Of a stretch of 64,000 bases of DNA, positions 11,029 to 19,404 are shown piece by piece (the first letter of the stretch is position 1; each line of letters begins with the position of its first letter). The position numbers were made by a program, and so were the translations under genes. The notes under the pieces were generated by a model. It was not told the origin of the DNA. It worked only from the letters and a program-made list of their open reading frames with translations, and did no database searches. The DNA comes from Candidatus Kerfeldbacteria bacterium (GTDB lineage Bacteria > Patescibacteriota > Patescibacteriia > UBA9570): the NCBI GenBank assembly GCA_016182495.1, contig JACPGK010000022.1, positions 11,092 through 75,091 of the forward strand. The letters run 5' to 3'.

Positions 11029-12171
11029 ATGGAGAACGTAAAATTAGGAAAATTCGTCAATCAACCTACCGGTTATAAGGCCTTTATTCCTGCAAAGTTT
11101 CCTCCAAGCCAGGCAATTCCTTTTACTGTATTAACGGCCCGGCTTGACGCTAAGGCGACATTAGCCGTTGGCAAGCTTGATGGCATTACCCAACTTTTAC
11201 CAGATCTGGACTTTTTCATCTTCATGTATGTGCGTAAGGAAGCAGCACTGTCGAGTGAGATTGAAGGAACCAAGGCAACGATGAGCGACTCCATCCGGGC
11301 CGAGATTGAAATGACAAAAGATATTCCAGAAGATGTGGATCGAATTTTGCATTATATTAAAGCAATGAACTATGGGTTGAAACGCCTGGAGACATTGCCG
11401 TTGTCACTACGATTGATTCGAGAAGTACATAAAACCTTATTGGCAGGAACTGGTGATGCCCCGGGCAAAACACCAGGTGAGTTTCGTCGTTCGCAAAATT
11501 GGATTGGAGGCGCTTCACCGCAAACTGCCCGTTTTGTGCCACCACCGGTTTCAGAGATGGATCAGGCGTTATATGATCTTGAGAAATTTATGCATGACAC
11601 CAGCGATTTGTCTCCGCTCATCAAGACCGCTCTGTTGCACGCTCAGTTTGAAACAATCCACCCATTTTTAGATGGTAACGGACGCACTGGTCGTCTGTTA
11701 GTTACTTTCTATCTCTGCCAGCAAGGTATTTTGGAGCGACCTACTCTTTATCTCTCGGAGTTTTTCAAACGACACCGACAGCTCTACTTTGATTTGCTAG
11801 AGGGCTATCATCATCGTAATGAGATTGTGCCTTGGGTGAACTTTTTTCTTGAGGGTATTGCAGATGTGGCAGCCAAGGCAGTTGAGACTTCGAAAAAGAT
11901 TAACGTGTTACGCGAGACGGATATGGCAAAAATTCATACCCTCGGTGGCCGACGGTCTAAAACTGGTATGGCAGTCTTGAGGAATCTTTACAAGCTTCCC
12001 ATCGTGAATGTGAGTAAGATAGGGGAATGGACAGGGCTTAGTCGTCAAGGCGCTAATACACTCACCGCCGAGTTGGTAAAGATTAGCATTCTTGAACAGC
12101 GTAATCGTAAAACAACATATGGTCGGGATTTTGAATACCGCAACTATCTTCGTTTATTCACTAAAGAGTGA
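11029..12171 (+). CDS. Fic/DOC family protein (AMPylation-type Fic domain), paralog 1
   Basis: Fic motif HPFLDGNGRTGRLL. The track ORF starts at TTG 11020, but the ATG at 11029 (MENVKL) fits the promoter better. Confidence 0.88.
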   Translation: MENVKLGKFVNQPTGYKAFIPAKFPPSQAIPFTVLTARLDAKATLAVGKLDGITQLLPDLDFFIFMYVRKEAALSSEIEGTKATMSDSIRAEIEMTKDIPEDVDRILHYIKAMNYGLKRLETLPLSLRLIREVHKTLLAGTGDAPGKTPGEFRRSQNWIGGASPQTARFVPPPVSEMDQALYDLEKFMHDTSDLSPLIKTALLHAQFETIHPFLDGNGRTGRLLVTFYLCQQGILERPTLYLSEFFKRHRQLYFDLLEGYHHRNEIVPWVNFFLEGIADVAAKAVETSKKINVLRETDMAKIHTLGGRRSKTGMAVLRNLYKLPIVNVSKIGEWTGLSRQGANTLTAELVKISILEQRNRKTTYGRDFEYRNYLRLFTKE

Positions 12172-12197
12172 TTATGAAACTAGAAATGAAATTAGAC

Positions 12198-12278
12198 ATT
12201 AAAATAACACTACAGTATTACTATAGCCTCCCACTTGGTAATGTCGGCCATATCAAAAAATGCCATGGTCAATAGGAC
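12198..12278. repeat. Degenerate, split copy of the island 3' motif (ATTAAAATAACACTACAG ... TGCCATGGTCAATAGGAC)
   Basis: Both halves of the motif found after the other island genes are present, separated by about 45 bp. Confidence 0.4.
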
Positions 12279-12283
12279 TAGTC

Positions 12284-12312
12284 TGATTCAAGGTTGACAT
12301 TTGTCTAAAAAT
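12284..12312 (+). promoter_or_regulatory. Near-consensus sigma70 promoter for fic-2
   Basis: TTGACA (12284-89), a 17-nt spacer, TAATAT (12307-12). It lies about 30 nt upstream of ATG 12344. Confidence 0.45.
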
Positions 12313-12343
12313 CGTCTAATATACGTCTATACAGTATAGATTT

Positions 12344-13369
12344 ATGTTTGAACCAAAATACACAATAACGAATAAATTACTCGCCAATGTTAAAAAAATT
12401 GGTCAGTTAGTAAGTAGTTTAAATGAGCGGCGCTTTCCGCAAGTGGTGTTATTTGAAATGGAGCGCATCGCTCGAGAAGTTTCAGCTCATGCTTCAACCA
12501 GCATTGAAGGGAATCCGCTCCCACTCACTGATGTGAAGCGCTTACTGAAACAAACGCCTGCACATATCCGTGATACCGAACGAGAAGTATTGAATTACAA
12601 TGAAGCTTTATTGGAGCTGAAAAAACAAGTTGATGCTGGGGTACAGACCTTACAAGAAAAACAAATACTTTCCATCCACGGCATGGTGACGAAGGAGTTG
12701 TTGCCGGTGAGTACGTCTGGGGCATTAAGGACTGAACCTGTGTTTGTGAATGATCCAAAAACACGGCAAACTATTTTCTGGCCGCCTGATCATACTGACG
12801 TACCAAAATTACTAAATGATTTATTGGAATTCGTAAACACACAACATGGTACTGTTGACCCCTTGCTATTAGCTGGAGTTTTTCATAAACAATTTGTTCT
12901 GATTCATCCGTTTATAGATGGCAATGGTCGCACTGTACGCTTAGCCACTAAACTACTTCTAGCTGGATTAGGATTAGATACATTTCATTTATTCAGCTTT
13001 GAACGATACTACAATGCCAATGTCACCAAGTACTTTACCATCGTTGGAGAACGTGGTAGTTATTATGATCTCAAGGTAGACTCTACTGTATGGTTGGAAT
13101 ACTTTACCGATGGTATTATCGATGAACTGATTCGAGTTAAAACTGAATTAGAAAAATCAATTGCAGCACCAGCTTCAGGATTAAAAGCACATCATCGCTT
13201 AATCTTGGATTACTTACGGGAACATGGTTCAATGAATGATGCTATCTACGCTACTCTAGTGAAAAGAGCTAAACCAACCCGGGCTTTAGATTGGCGCTAC
13301 TTGCTTATTAGTGGTTTAATTGAACGACAAAACCAGGGCAAGTCTACTTATTATCGTTTAAAGCAATAA
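12344..13369 (+). CDS. Fic/DOC family protein, paralog 2
   Basis: Fic motif HPFIDGNGRTVRLATKLL. Its architecture is similar to paralog 1 but the sequence has diverged. Confidence 0.88.
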   Translation: MFEPKYTITNKLLANVKKIGQLVSSLNERRFPQVVLFEMERIAREVSAHASTSIEGNPLPLTDVKRLLKQTPAHIRDTEREVLNYNEALLELKKQVDAGVQTLQEKQILSIHGMVTKELLPVSTSGALRTEPVFVNDPKTRQTIFWPPDHTDVPKLLNDLLEFVNTQHGTVDPLLLAGVFHKQFVLIHPFIDGNGRTVRLATKLLLAGLGLDTFHLFSFERYYNANVTKYFTIVGERGSYYDLKVDSTVWLEYFTDGIIDELIRVKTELEKSIAAPASGLKAHHRLILDYLREHGSMNDAIYATLVKRAKPTRALDWRYLLISGLIERQNQGKSTYYRLKQ

Positions 13370-13379
13370 TTTTAATCCC

Positions 13380-13416
13380 ATTAAGATAACACTTCAAACG
13401 TTGCCATGGTCAGTAA
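13380..13416. repeat. Island 3' motif copy (ATTAAGATAACACTTCAAACGTTGCCATGGTCAGTAA)
   Basis: It lies 11 nt after the fic-2 stop and is identical (37/37) to the copy at 14688. Confidence 0.6.
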
Positions 13417-13478
13417 ATTTATCGATTAAGTCAATTACACCTACAGGTCGCTGTTAGGAAAAAACCAAAAGTAGACTT

Positions 13479-13922
13479 TTAGAAATTTAGCTTTAAATCG
13501 CTGTGCTTTACTAATTGTGTGGCTACGAGTTTATCCTTAAACCAAATTCTGACCTCGGCCAGCCCAGGTTGCGTATTTGGCACAACTCTTAAATCAACGG
13601 CGTGTCGTTGTGGTACGCCGGACACGGTAATTTCCAGATTATGAAAGGATATTTTTCGGTAGTTGTCGACGACGCGTTGGTCGCGCAAGGCAAAGATATC
13701 CTTACTCGATTTAAATGGTGGCTTAATGGTAAATGGTCTAAACAATGTCTGTCCGGTATGGATAGCCTGGTCTAATCTGACCCTGGGAATTTGTTTGGTA
13801 GTGGAATGTACCCAAACATTGTTGTATTGGTAAACCAGTTCTTTTAAGACCTTTCTTACTTCTTCTGGTTCAGTAATCTGTTCTTTACAGTATAATGACG
13901 ATGCGATCTTGTAGCCACTGGT
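13479..13922 (-). pseudogene. 5'-truncated hypothetical gene (remnant)
   Basis: The minus-strand frame is open from the TAG at 13922-24 to the stop at 13479. It has no ATG; only a TTG at 13745 (88-aa track ORF). Its 5' end abuts the transposase remnant. Confidence 0.35.
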
Positions 13923-13924
13923 AG

Positions 13925-14119
13925 GATCCTAGTCAGTTCAACGACCAGTTGATGGATTATCTAGTGTGGTACAATACCGAACGACCGCACTGGAGTCTAC
14001 AACTCCAGTCGCCGATCCAGTTTCTACTTAAACAGCATCCGGAGTGCAGTATGTGGTGGCCTCATACAAAAGTTTGCTTTTTAGCTTCATTAATGCTAGG
14101 GTTTATTTATGAAGTTTAA
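13925..14119 (+). pseudogene. C-terminal remnant of a DDE transposase (rve/integrase-core, IS3/IS481-like)
   Basis: The translation ..QLMDYLVWYNTERPHWSLQLQSPIQFLLK.. matches the conserved transposase C-terminus YNxxRPHxSL...P.QF. It is preceded by an in-frame TAG inside the palindrome CTAGGATCCTAG, and nothing upstream resembles a transposase. Confidence 0.55.
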
Positions 14120-14438
14120 GAATACTCTACAAAAAGGATCGGTTAGGTATGTCGTCTTTAAAGAAGGTGAGGATTGGTATGCTGTTGGTTTAGAGTTTAA
14201 TATTATTGAAAGTGGCACCACTCCTCAGGAAGCCCTTTTATTACTTTTTGAAGCCTTGCAGGGTTATGTTGAGACGGCTCAAAAAATTAAGGCTCGTCCT
14301 GCTGTTCTGAACCAAAGAGTTGATTCTGAGTATGAAAGAATGTTCGCCCCCTCTAGAGTTGTAAAAGATCAAAAAAGAGAGATTTTTACCATCGGTGAAT
14401 TTTCTTTGTCTACTGTTAAAGCACTTGCATTCGTTTAG
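14109..14438 (+). CDS. hicB: HicB-family antitoxin (UPF0150/RNase H-like fold)
   Basis: It is a small 109-aa protein with the HicB-like signature (..WYAVGLEF..ESGTTPQEALLLLFEALQGYVE). It lies immediately upstream of a HicA-like ORF with a 3-nt gap. Confidence 0.7.
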   Translation: MKFKNTLQKGSVRYVVFKEGEDWYAVGLEFNIIESGTTPQEALLLLFEALQGYVETAQKIKARPAVLNQRVDSEYERMFAPSRVVKDQKREIFTIGEFSLSTVKALAFV

Positions 14439-14441
14439 GCT

Positions 14442-14672
14442 ATGTCACGAGGACTCTTCAATTGGACCGCGGAAGAGGTTGTTCGTTTTTTAAGGGATCA
14501 TAACTTCACTCCTCATCATTCGCGAGGAAGTCATATGTATTATGTTGGCCATGCTGCGGGTTCTTTTCGTATGGTATGTGTGCCATTTCATGGTAGTAGG
14601 GCTATCAAACCGAGAACGCTTAAAGGTATTATTAGTCAATCTGGGATTTCAAAAGATGTATGGCTAGACTAG
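14442..14672 (+). CDS. hicA: HicA-family mRNA interferase toxin (YcfA-like)
   Basis: 76 aa. The motifs LRDHNF..HHSRGSHMYY and HGSRAIKPRTLKGIISQSGISKD resemble the HicA dsRBD-like fold. Confidence 0.7.
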   Translation: MSRGLFNWTAEEVVRFLRDHNFTPHHSRGSHMYYVGHAAGSFRMVCVPFHGSRAIKPRTLKGIISQSGISKDVWLD

Positions 14673-14687
14673 TATTAAATAGTTCCT

Positions 14688-14724
14688 ATTAAGATAACAC
14701 TTCAAACGTTGCCATGGTCAGTAA
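14688..14724. repeat. Island 3' motif copy (identical to 13380 copy)
   Basis: ATTAAGATAACACTTCAAACGTTGCCATGGTCAGTAA lies 16 nt after the hicA stop. Confidence 0.6.
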
Positions 14725-14749
14725 TTCATCAGTGAGGTTTGCGCGATTC

Positions 14750-14778
14750 TTGCGCGATTGGGTATTTTGATCTATACT
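14750..14778 (+). promoter_or_regulatory. Putative sigma70 promoter for fic-3
   Basis: TTGCGC, a 17-nt spacer, TATACT, which ends 11 nt before ATG 14790. A direct repeat TGCGCGATT occurs twice around the -35. Confidence 0.35.
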
Positions 14779-14789
14779 GATGGTACATT

Positions 14790-15848
14790 ATGTTTCATCC
14801 TGAATATCAATTAACTAATAAAGTTGTAGACTTGCTCACTACTATTGCTGAAGGTCGAGCAGTGATTCAACGTGCTAGACTTCTTCCCAAACAGGAGTTT
14901 AAGCTGCGTCGTCAGGCATTGGTTCGTATGACACATAGTTCAACAGCGATCGAAGGGAATAGATTAAATGTGCGTGAAGTCGAGGCATTGGTAAACAATC
15001 AGAAGGTCGATGCACCAGCGCGTGATGTGTATGAAGTAGAGAACTATCTCAAGGCTTTAAAATACATCGAGCAAGTTATCAAAGAAAAAAAGATAGTGAC
15101 CAAAAATGTTATTCTAAAAATCCATCGCCTGGTCACAACCAAAACATTATCCACTGAATCATCAGGCCGGTATAGAAAAAACATGGTCTATGTCGTCAGA
15201 CGGCATGCCGGCGGTAAGCAAGAGGTCATGTATACAGCTCCAGCAGCCACTCAGGTACCAGGTTTAATGGATGATCTGATTCATTGGGTTCAACGTAGCG
15301 CCAGCCAGGAAATTAATCCGGTAATTGTGGCAGGGATTGTCCATCAAGAAATAGCCGCCATCCATCCCTTTGCTGATGGTAATGGTCGCACTGTTCGAGC
15401 CTTGGCAACCCTAGTGCTCTATCAACGCGGTTACGATTTTCGACGTTTGTTTGCATTGGAAGATTATTATAACAATGACCGGCCGGCTTATTATGCGGCT
15501 ATTAATATTGGAAAAGATTATGTCACTCGGCGTAAAGATTTTACTCCATGGCTTGAATATTTTGTAAATGGGTTTAAAGAAGAAATTGATCAAGTGAGAC
15601 ATCAGGTCGTCAGTTTGTCCTTCAAAAAAATTGATACTGATATTAACTCACAAGTTTTTCTTGATAAAGATCAAGTGGCTATTCTAGATTTTCTTGAATC
15701 GCTTGGTAGAATCACAGTAGGCGATGTAGTGGATATTGTACATTGTCCAAAACGTACCGCTCAATTACAGTTAAAAAAACTGAAGCAGCTCAAACTGATT
15801 GTTGCCAAAGGCAAAGCTCGAGCAACATACTACATCCGTAAGCAGTAG
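14790..15848 (+). CDS. Fic/DOC family protein, paralog 3
   Basis: Fic motif HPFADGNGRTVRALATLVL, plus a C-terminal winged-helix-like region. Confidence 0.88.
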   Translation: MFHPEYQLTNKVVDLLTTIAEGRAVIQRARLLPKQEFKLRRQALVRMTHSSTAIEGNRLNVREVEALVNNQKVDAPARDVYEVENYLKALKYIEQVIKEKKIVTKNVILKIHRLVTTKTLSTESSGRYRKNMVYVVRRHAGGKQEVMYTAPAATQVPGLMDDLIHWVQRSASQEINPVIVAGIVHQEIAAIHPFADGNGRTVRALATLVLYQRGYDFRRLFALEDYYNNDRPAYYAAINIGKDYVTRRKDFTPWLEYFVNGFKEEIDQVRHQVVSLSFKKIDTDINSQVFLDKDQVAILDFLESLGRITVGDVVDIVHCPKRTAQLQLKKLKQLKLIVAKGKARATYYIRKQ

Positions 15849-15851
15849 TCC

Positions 15852-15890
15852 ATTAAAATAATACTTCAAGAAGTGTCACGGGCAATAGAC
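15852..15890. repeat. Island 3' motif copy, subtype B (ATTAAAATAATACTTCAAGAAGTGTCACGGGCAATAGAC)
   Basis: It lies 4 nt after the fic-3 stop and contains the CACTTCAAGAAGTG inverted repeat. Confidence 0.55.
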
Positions 15891-15945
15891 AGATTTCAAG
15901 ACAGGTTTTGACCGCATAATGATACTCAAGTAGAATAACATTGTC

Positions 15946-18192
15946 ATGGCAAGTCAAAAAGGAAAAACCAAAGTAATAATCATCTCGTGTAGCGTGGCGT
16001 TGGGTTTTGCAGCTCTAGTTCTCATCGGCGCGTTTATTTTTGGCATAATTATAGGTTTTAAACAGAATTTAACATCAACCGAAAAGGCAGCCGTCGTTGC
16101 GAATTTACCAAGTATAGATCCCACTACGGAATTAACCACCAACAGCGCTGGCCTCACTGTGGTAAAAAACGTTTTGGAAATTATTTGGCAGAATACAGCT
16201 ACTCCCGAACAGCAAGTTATCGCGCTGGCTTCGGTTCCTGGAGCGACGGTGCGTGGACAAGTGACAGAATTTTATTTTACTGAAATCAGCGTACCAGATG
16301 GTAGTATCGCACTGGCCTTAGCCAACCTGGCTATACAGCCCGGCGTAGCGGCAGTTACGGAAGCGTATGTTGTCGAAGACAATTATGAACCACTCGATCC
16401 TGATTATCAAGATACGGCCAAAAACTGGTGGTTGAAACAAATTGAAGCTGAACCTGCCTGGGAAATTAATCAAGGCGATCCGACTATGCTGGTAGCCGTA
16501 ATTGATGCGGGATTTGAAGTAGATCATCCCGATTTAGCGAGTGTATTTAAAACCGATCTTGGCTTTAATTACAGCTTGCGTGACTGGAATGAAAAACCCG
16601 ACCATGGTACCCATGTGACTGGTATTATTGCCATGCAGCCTAATCAAGTTGGCCTGGTTGGCATTGCTCCAAATATAAAAATTGTGCCGTACAAAATTAT
16701 CACATTTGCCCAAATGGCCGATACCATTCGGATGGCCGCTAATACTGCTAACGTGCAGGTAATCTCCATGAGCCAGGGCTTTAATTGGTGGAATACCAAT
16801 CAACAACGGGCGGCTCAGGGTCTACCGGCTGTGACGACGGCTAACATGCAAACTGCGACACAAGCCGTTGATTTAATCATGCAGCCGGCGGCGGTTTACG
16901 CAAAACAAAAAGGCGTCATCTTGGTACATTCAGCCGGCAATGATGCTCAAAGTGCGGCTTATAATACTTTAAATACCACAGATGTAGTAACAGTGGCTAA
17001 TACCGATACAGTTGATGGTTTAGCGGCTTCATCTAATTTTGGGTCACCGGTGACAATTGGTGCTCCAGGCGAAGGTATTTGGAGTACAGTGGGCGGAAAT
17101 AATTGGACCTATCTATCCGGCACATCAATGGCAACACCATTAGTGGCTGGAACTATTGCCCTAATCCGTTCGGCAAATGCCCAATTATCCTTTGCTGATA
17201 TTGTGAACATTATTCAGAAAACTGGCGAACCTAGTATTTCAATAAGCTTGGATAAGCGTATCAATGCCTGGCAAGCTTTATTGGAAGTCACTCAACAGTA
17301 TGGTGTAAAGGGAATGGTGGTTAATAAAAATGGCGATCCAATTAGCGGTGCCACGGTGCAGCCAAAAGGTTTGCCGGAGTGGGGCTCGGTGAGTGACAAG
17401 TTTGGTCAATTTACCTTAGCGGCTATTCCACGAACCGGTCCTTGGGAAATTACCGGTAAGTATGGAGAAGACATTGGCACATTGATACTAACACCCCTAC
17501 CAGCTGATCAATGGGTAGCGCGCGATGTTGTTCTGACCTTAAAGAATCCTGCCGAACCGCAACTCGACGCCGTCAACTTAGGCTTTCATGGGCAAGCCAT
17601 TAGTCAATGTAGTTATCAAGATAGTGGTTTTCAACCGGGCGATGATTTTTTTGCACTGGGTTGTGATGCAACCGGCTTGTGTACGCAAACAACCAGTTTA
17701 GATATTCGTTTTGATGGTCCAATTACTTTTGCGATGCCGAGCAGTTTGGATGGCGCGTTTACCGGCGAGTTAAGTGAGTATTGGAAACAAAATTATCGTG
17801 ATGGCGAGCTTGATAATATTACCTTTAGTGGCAGCGCCACCCAGTTGGCCAAGAATGAACACATTATTCTCGATGTGATCGGCGTGCAACATACGTATAC
17901 GAAAGATATAGATATTCATGCGGTTGTTACCGGTACCATTGTTAATATCAGTAATCAGAATGATTTGCATTATAGCTATACCATTAGAGTTGATTCGTTT
18001 ATCATTGATCCATTCAAGATTAAAGTGCAAAATCCGCATTATCAAACGCAAACGGCGACATGTACATATACGTTCGATCCCAGCACCGATCCACTGTATA
18101 TCAGTCCAACTGATGGTTATTTTCATATCAGCGCTGATTATACTTTAGGTACGATCACCAATTACGATGCGTTAGAAGGTTTAGCCAATTAA
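15946..18192 (+). CDS. Membrane-anchored subtilisin-like serine protease (peptidase S8) with C-terminal beta-rich extension
   Basis: N-terminal TM helix. The catalytic triad is in canonical D-H-S order: VIDAGFEVDHPDL, HGTHVTGIIA, GTSMATPLVAG. 748 aa. Confidence 0.88.
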   Translation: MASQKGKTKVIIISCSVALGFAALVLIGAFIFGIIIGFKQNLTSTEKAAVVANLPSIDPTTELTTNSAGLTVVKNVLEIIWQNTATPEQQVIALASVPGATVRGQVTEFYFTEISVPDGSIALALANLAIQPGVAAVTEAYVVEDNYEPLDPDYQDTAKNWWLKQIEAEPAWEINQGDPTMLVAVIDAGFEVDHPDLASVFKTDLGFNYSLRDWNEKPDHGTHVTGIIAMQPNQVGLVGIAPNIKIVPYKIITFAQMADTIRMAANTANVQVISMSQGFNWWNTNQQRAAQGLPAVTTANMQTATQAVDLIMQPAAVYAKQKGVILVHSAGNDAQSAAYNTLNTTDVVTVANTDTVDGLAASSNFGSPVTIGAPGEGIWSTVGGNNWTYLSGTSMATPLVAGTIALIRSANAQLSFADIVNIIQKTGEPSISISLDKRINAWQALLEVTQQYGVKGMVVNKNGDPISGATVQPKGLPEWGSVSDKFGQFTLAAIPRTGPWEITGKYGEDIGTLILTPLPADQWVARDVVLTLKNPAEPQLDAVNLGFHGQAISQCSYQDSGFQPGDDFFALGCDATGLCTQTTSLDIRFDGPITFAMPSSLDGAFTGELSEYWKQNYRDGELDNITFSGSATQLAKNEHIILDVIGVQHTYTKDIDIHAVVTGTIVNISNQNDLHYSYTIRVDSFIIDPFKIKVQNPHYQTQTATCTYTFDPSTDPLYISPTDGYFHISADYTLGTITNYDALEGLAN

Positions 18193-18227
18193 GATAACAC
18201 TTCAAGAAGTGCCACGGGCAATAGATT
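18188..18227. repeat. Island 3' motif copy, subtype B (ATTAAGATAACACTTCAAGAAGTGCCACGGGCAATAGAT)
   Basis: It overlaps the subtilase stop codon, because the TAA lies inside ATTAAG. Confidence 0.55.
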
Positions 18228-18258
18228 ACAAATATATTTGCTATTTTAAGTATATATA

Positions 18259-19404
18259 TTGTATACTATATACGTGAATTATATAAGAACAATTTTTGAT
18301 CAACTGTACGAAAATATAGGCAAAAAACCTATCGTAGTGTTATATGGAGCGCGACAAGTTGGCAAAACTACTTTAATAAAGTCTATTCTGGCGAAATTTT
18401 CTCACACCTTATATTTACAGGGAGATGATCCCAAAGAAGCTCTTTTACTTGAACACCGGTCAGCCAAAGAATTGGCGGAGCTTGTCTCCGGATATGAATT
18501 AGTAGTAATTGACGAAGCTCAGCGAGTGAAAGATATTGGTATTTCACTCAAGCTCATGGCAGATAACGTAGAACAGATACAAGTTATTGCTACTGGATCA
18601 TCTTCTTTTGAATTAGCTAATAAATTAAATGAGCCATTAACAGGGAGAAATCGTAAATTTTATTTGTACCCACTATCCATTAAAGAAGTAGTGGCTGCGC
18701 ATGGCCAGATAGCTATCAGTAAAGAACTGGATTCTCTAGTCACATTTGGCTTGTATCCAGCTATAGTAAATGCTCCATCCAGAGCAGATAAAGCGACTTT
18801 GATTAAAGAATTAGCCGGAGATTATTTATTTAAGGATCTATTTTTATTTGGAGATATACGCAACTCATTTGCCTTTGAAAAATTAGTAAAACTACTCGCC
18901 TTGCGCATAGGGAGTCAAATATCATATTCAGAACTGGCCAAAGAAGTTGGTATCAGTAGAGATACTATTTACAATTATATAAATCTACTTGAACAAGCGT
19001 TTATTATTTTTCGTTTAACGCCACTGTATACTAATAAAACCAAAGAGATTAATAAAAGTCACAAAATATATTTTTATGATGTCGGTATACGAAATGCCCT
19101 GATCGGTAACACTGACCCAATCGATCTGCGACCAGATAAAGGGGCAATATTTGAGAATTTTTTTATTGCCGAAAAAATAAAAGAGCGGGCTTATAATATG
19201 CGTTCAAGCGATATTCATTTTTGGAGAAATAGACAAGGATCCGAAATAGATTTTGTTGAATCAAGTAATGCGCACAAGGAAATTTTTGCTTATGAATGTA
19301 AATGGAAAGAAACTATCACTGTACCCAAAGCCTTCAAAGCAGCTTATCCGCAGAGTCAGTTTGAATGTATCACCACTGAAAATATCGTTAAGCATTTTGT
19401 ATGA
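18259..19404 (+). CDS. AAA-family ATPase with DUF4143-type C-terminal domain
   Basis: P-loop GARQVGKTTL and Walker B VVIDEAQ. The real start may be GTG 18274 (MNYIRT...), which leaves the typical ~24 aa before the P-loop. Confidence 0.75.
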   Translation: MYTIYVNYIRTIFDQLYENIGKKPIVVLYGARQVGKTTLIKSILAKFSHTLYLQGDDPKEALLLEHRSAKELAELVSGYELVVIDEAQRVKDIGISLKLMADNVEQIQVIATGSSSFELANKLNEPLTGRNRKFYLYPLSIKEVVAAHGQIAISKELDSLVTFGLYPAIVNAPSRADKATLIKELAGDYLFKDLFLFGDIRNSFAFEKLVKLLALRIGSQISYSELAKEVGISRDTIYNYINLLEQAFIIFRLTPLYTNKTKEINKSHKIYFYDVGIRNALIGNTDPIDLRPDKGAIFENFFIAEKIKERAYNMRSSDIHFWRNRQGSEIDFVESSNAHKEIFAYECKWKETITVPKAFKAAYPQSQFECITTENIVKHFV

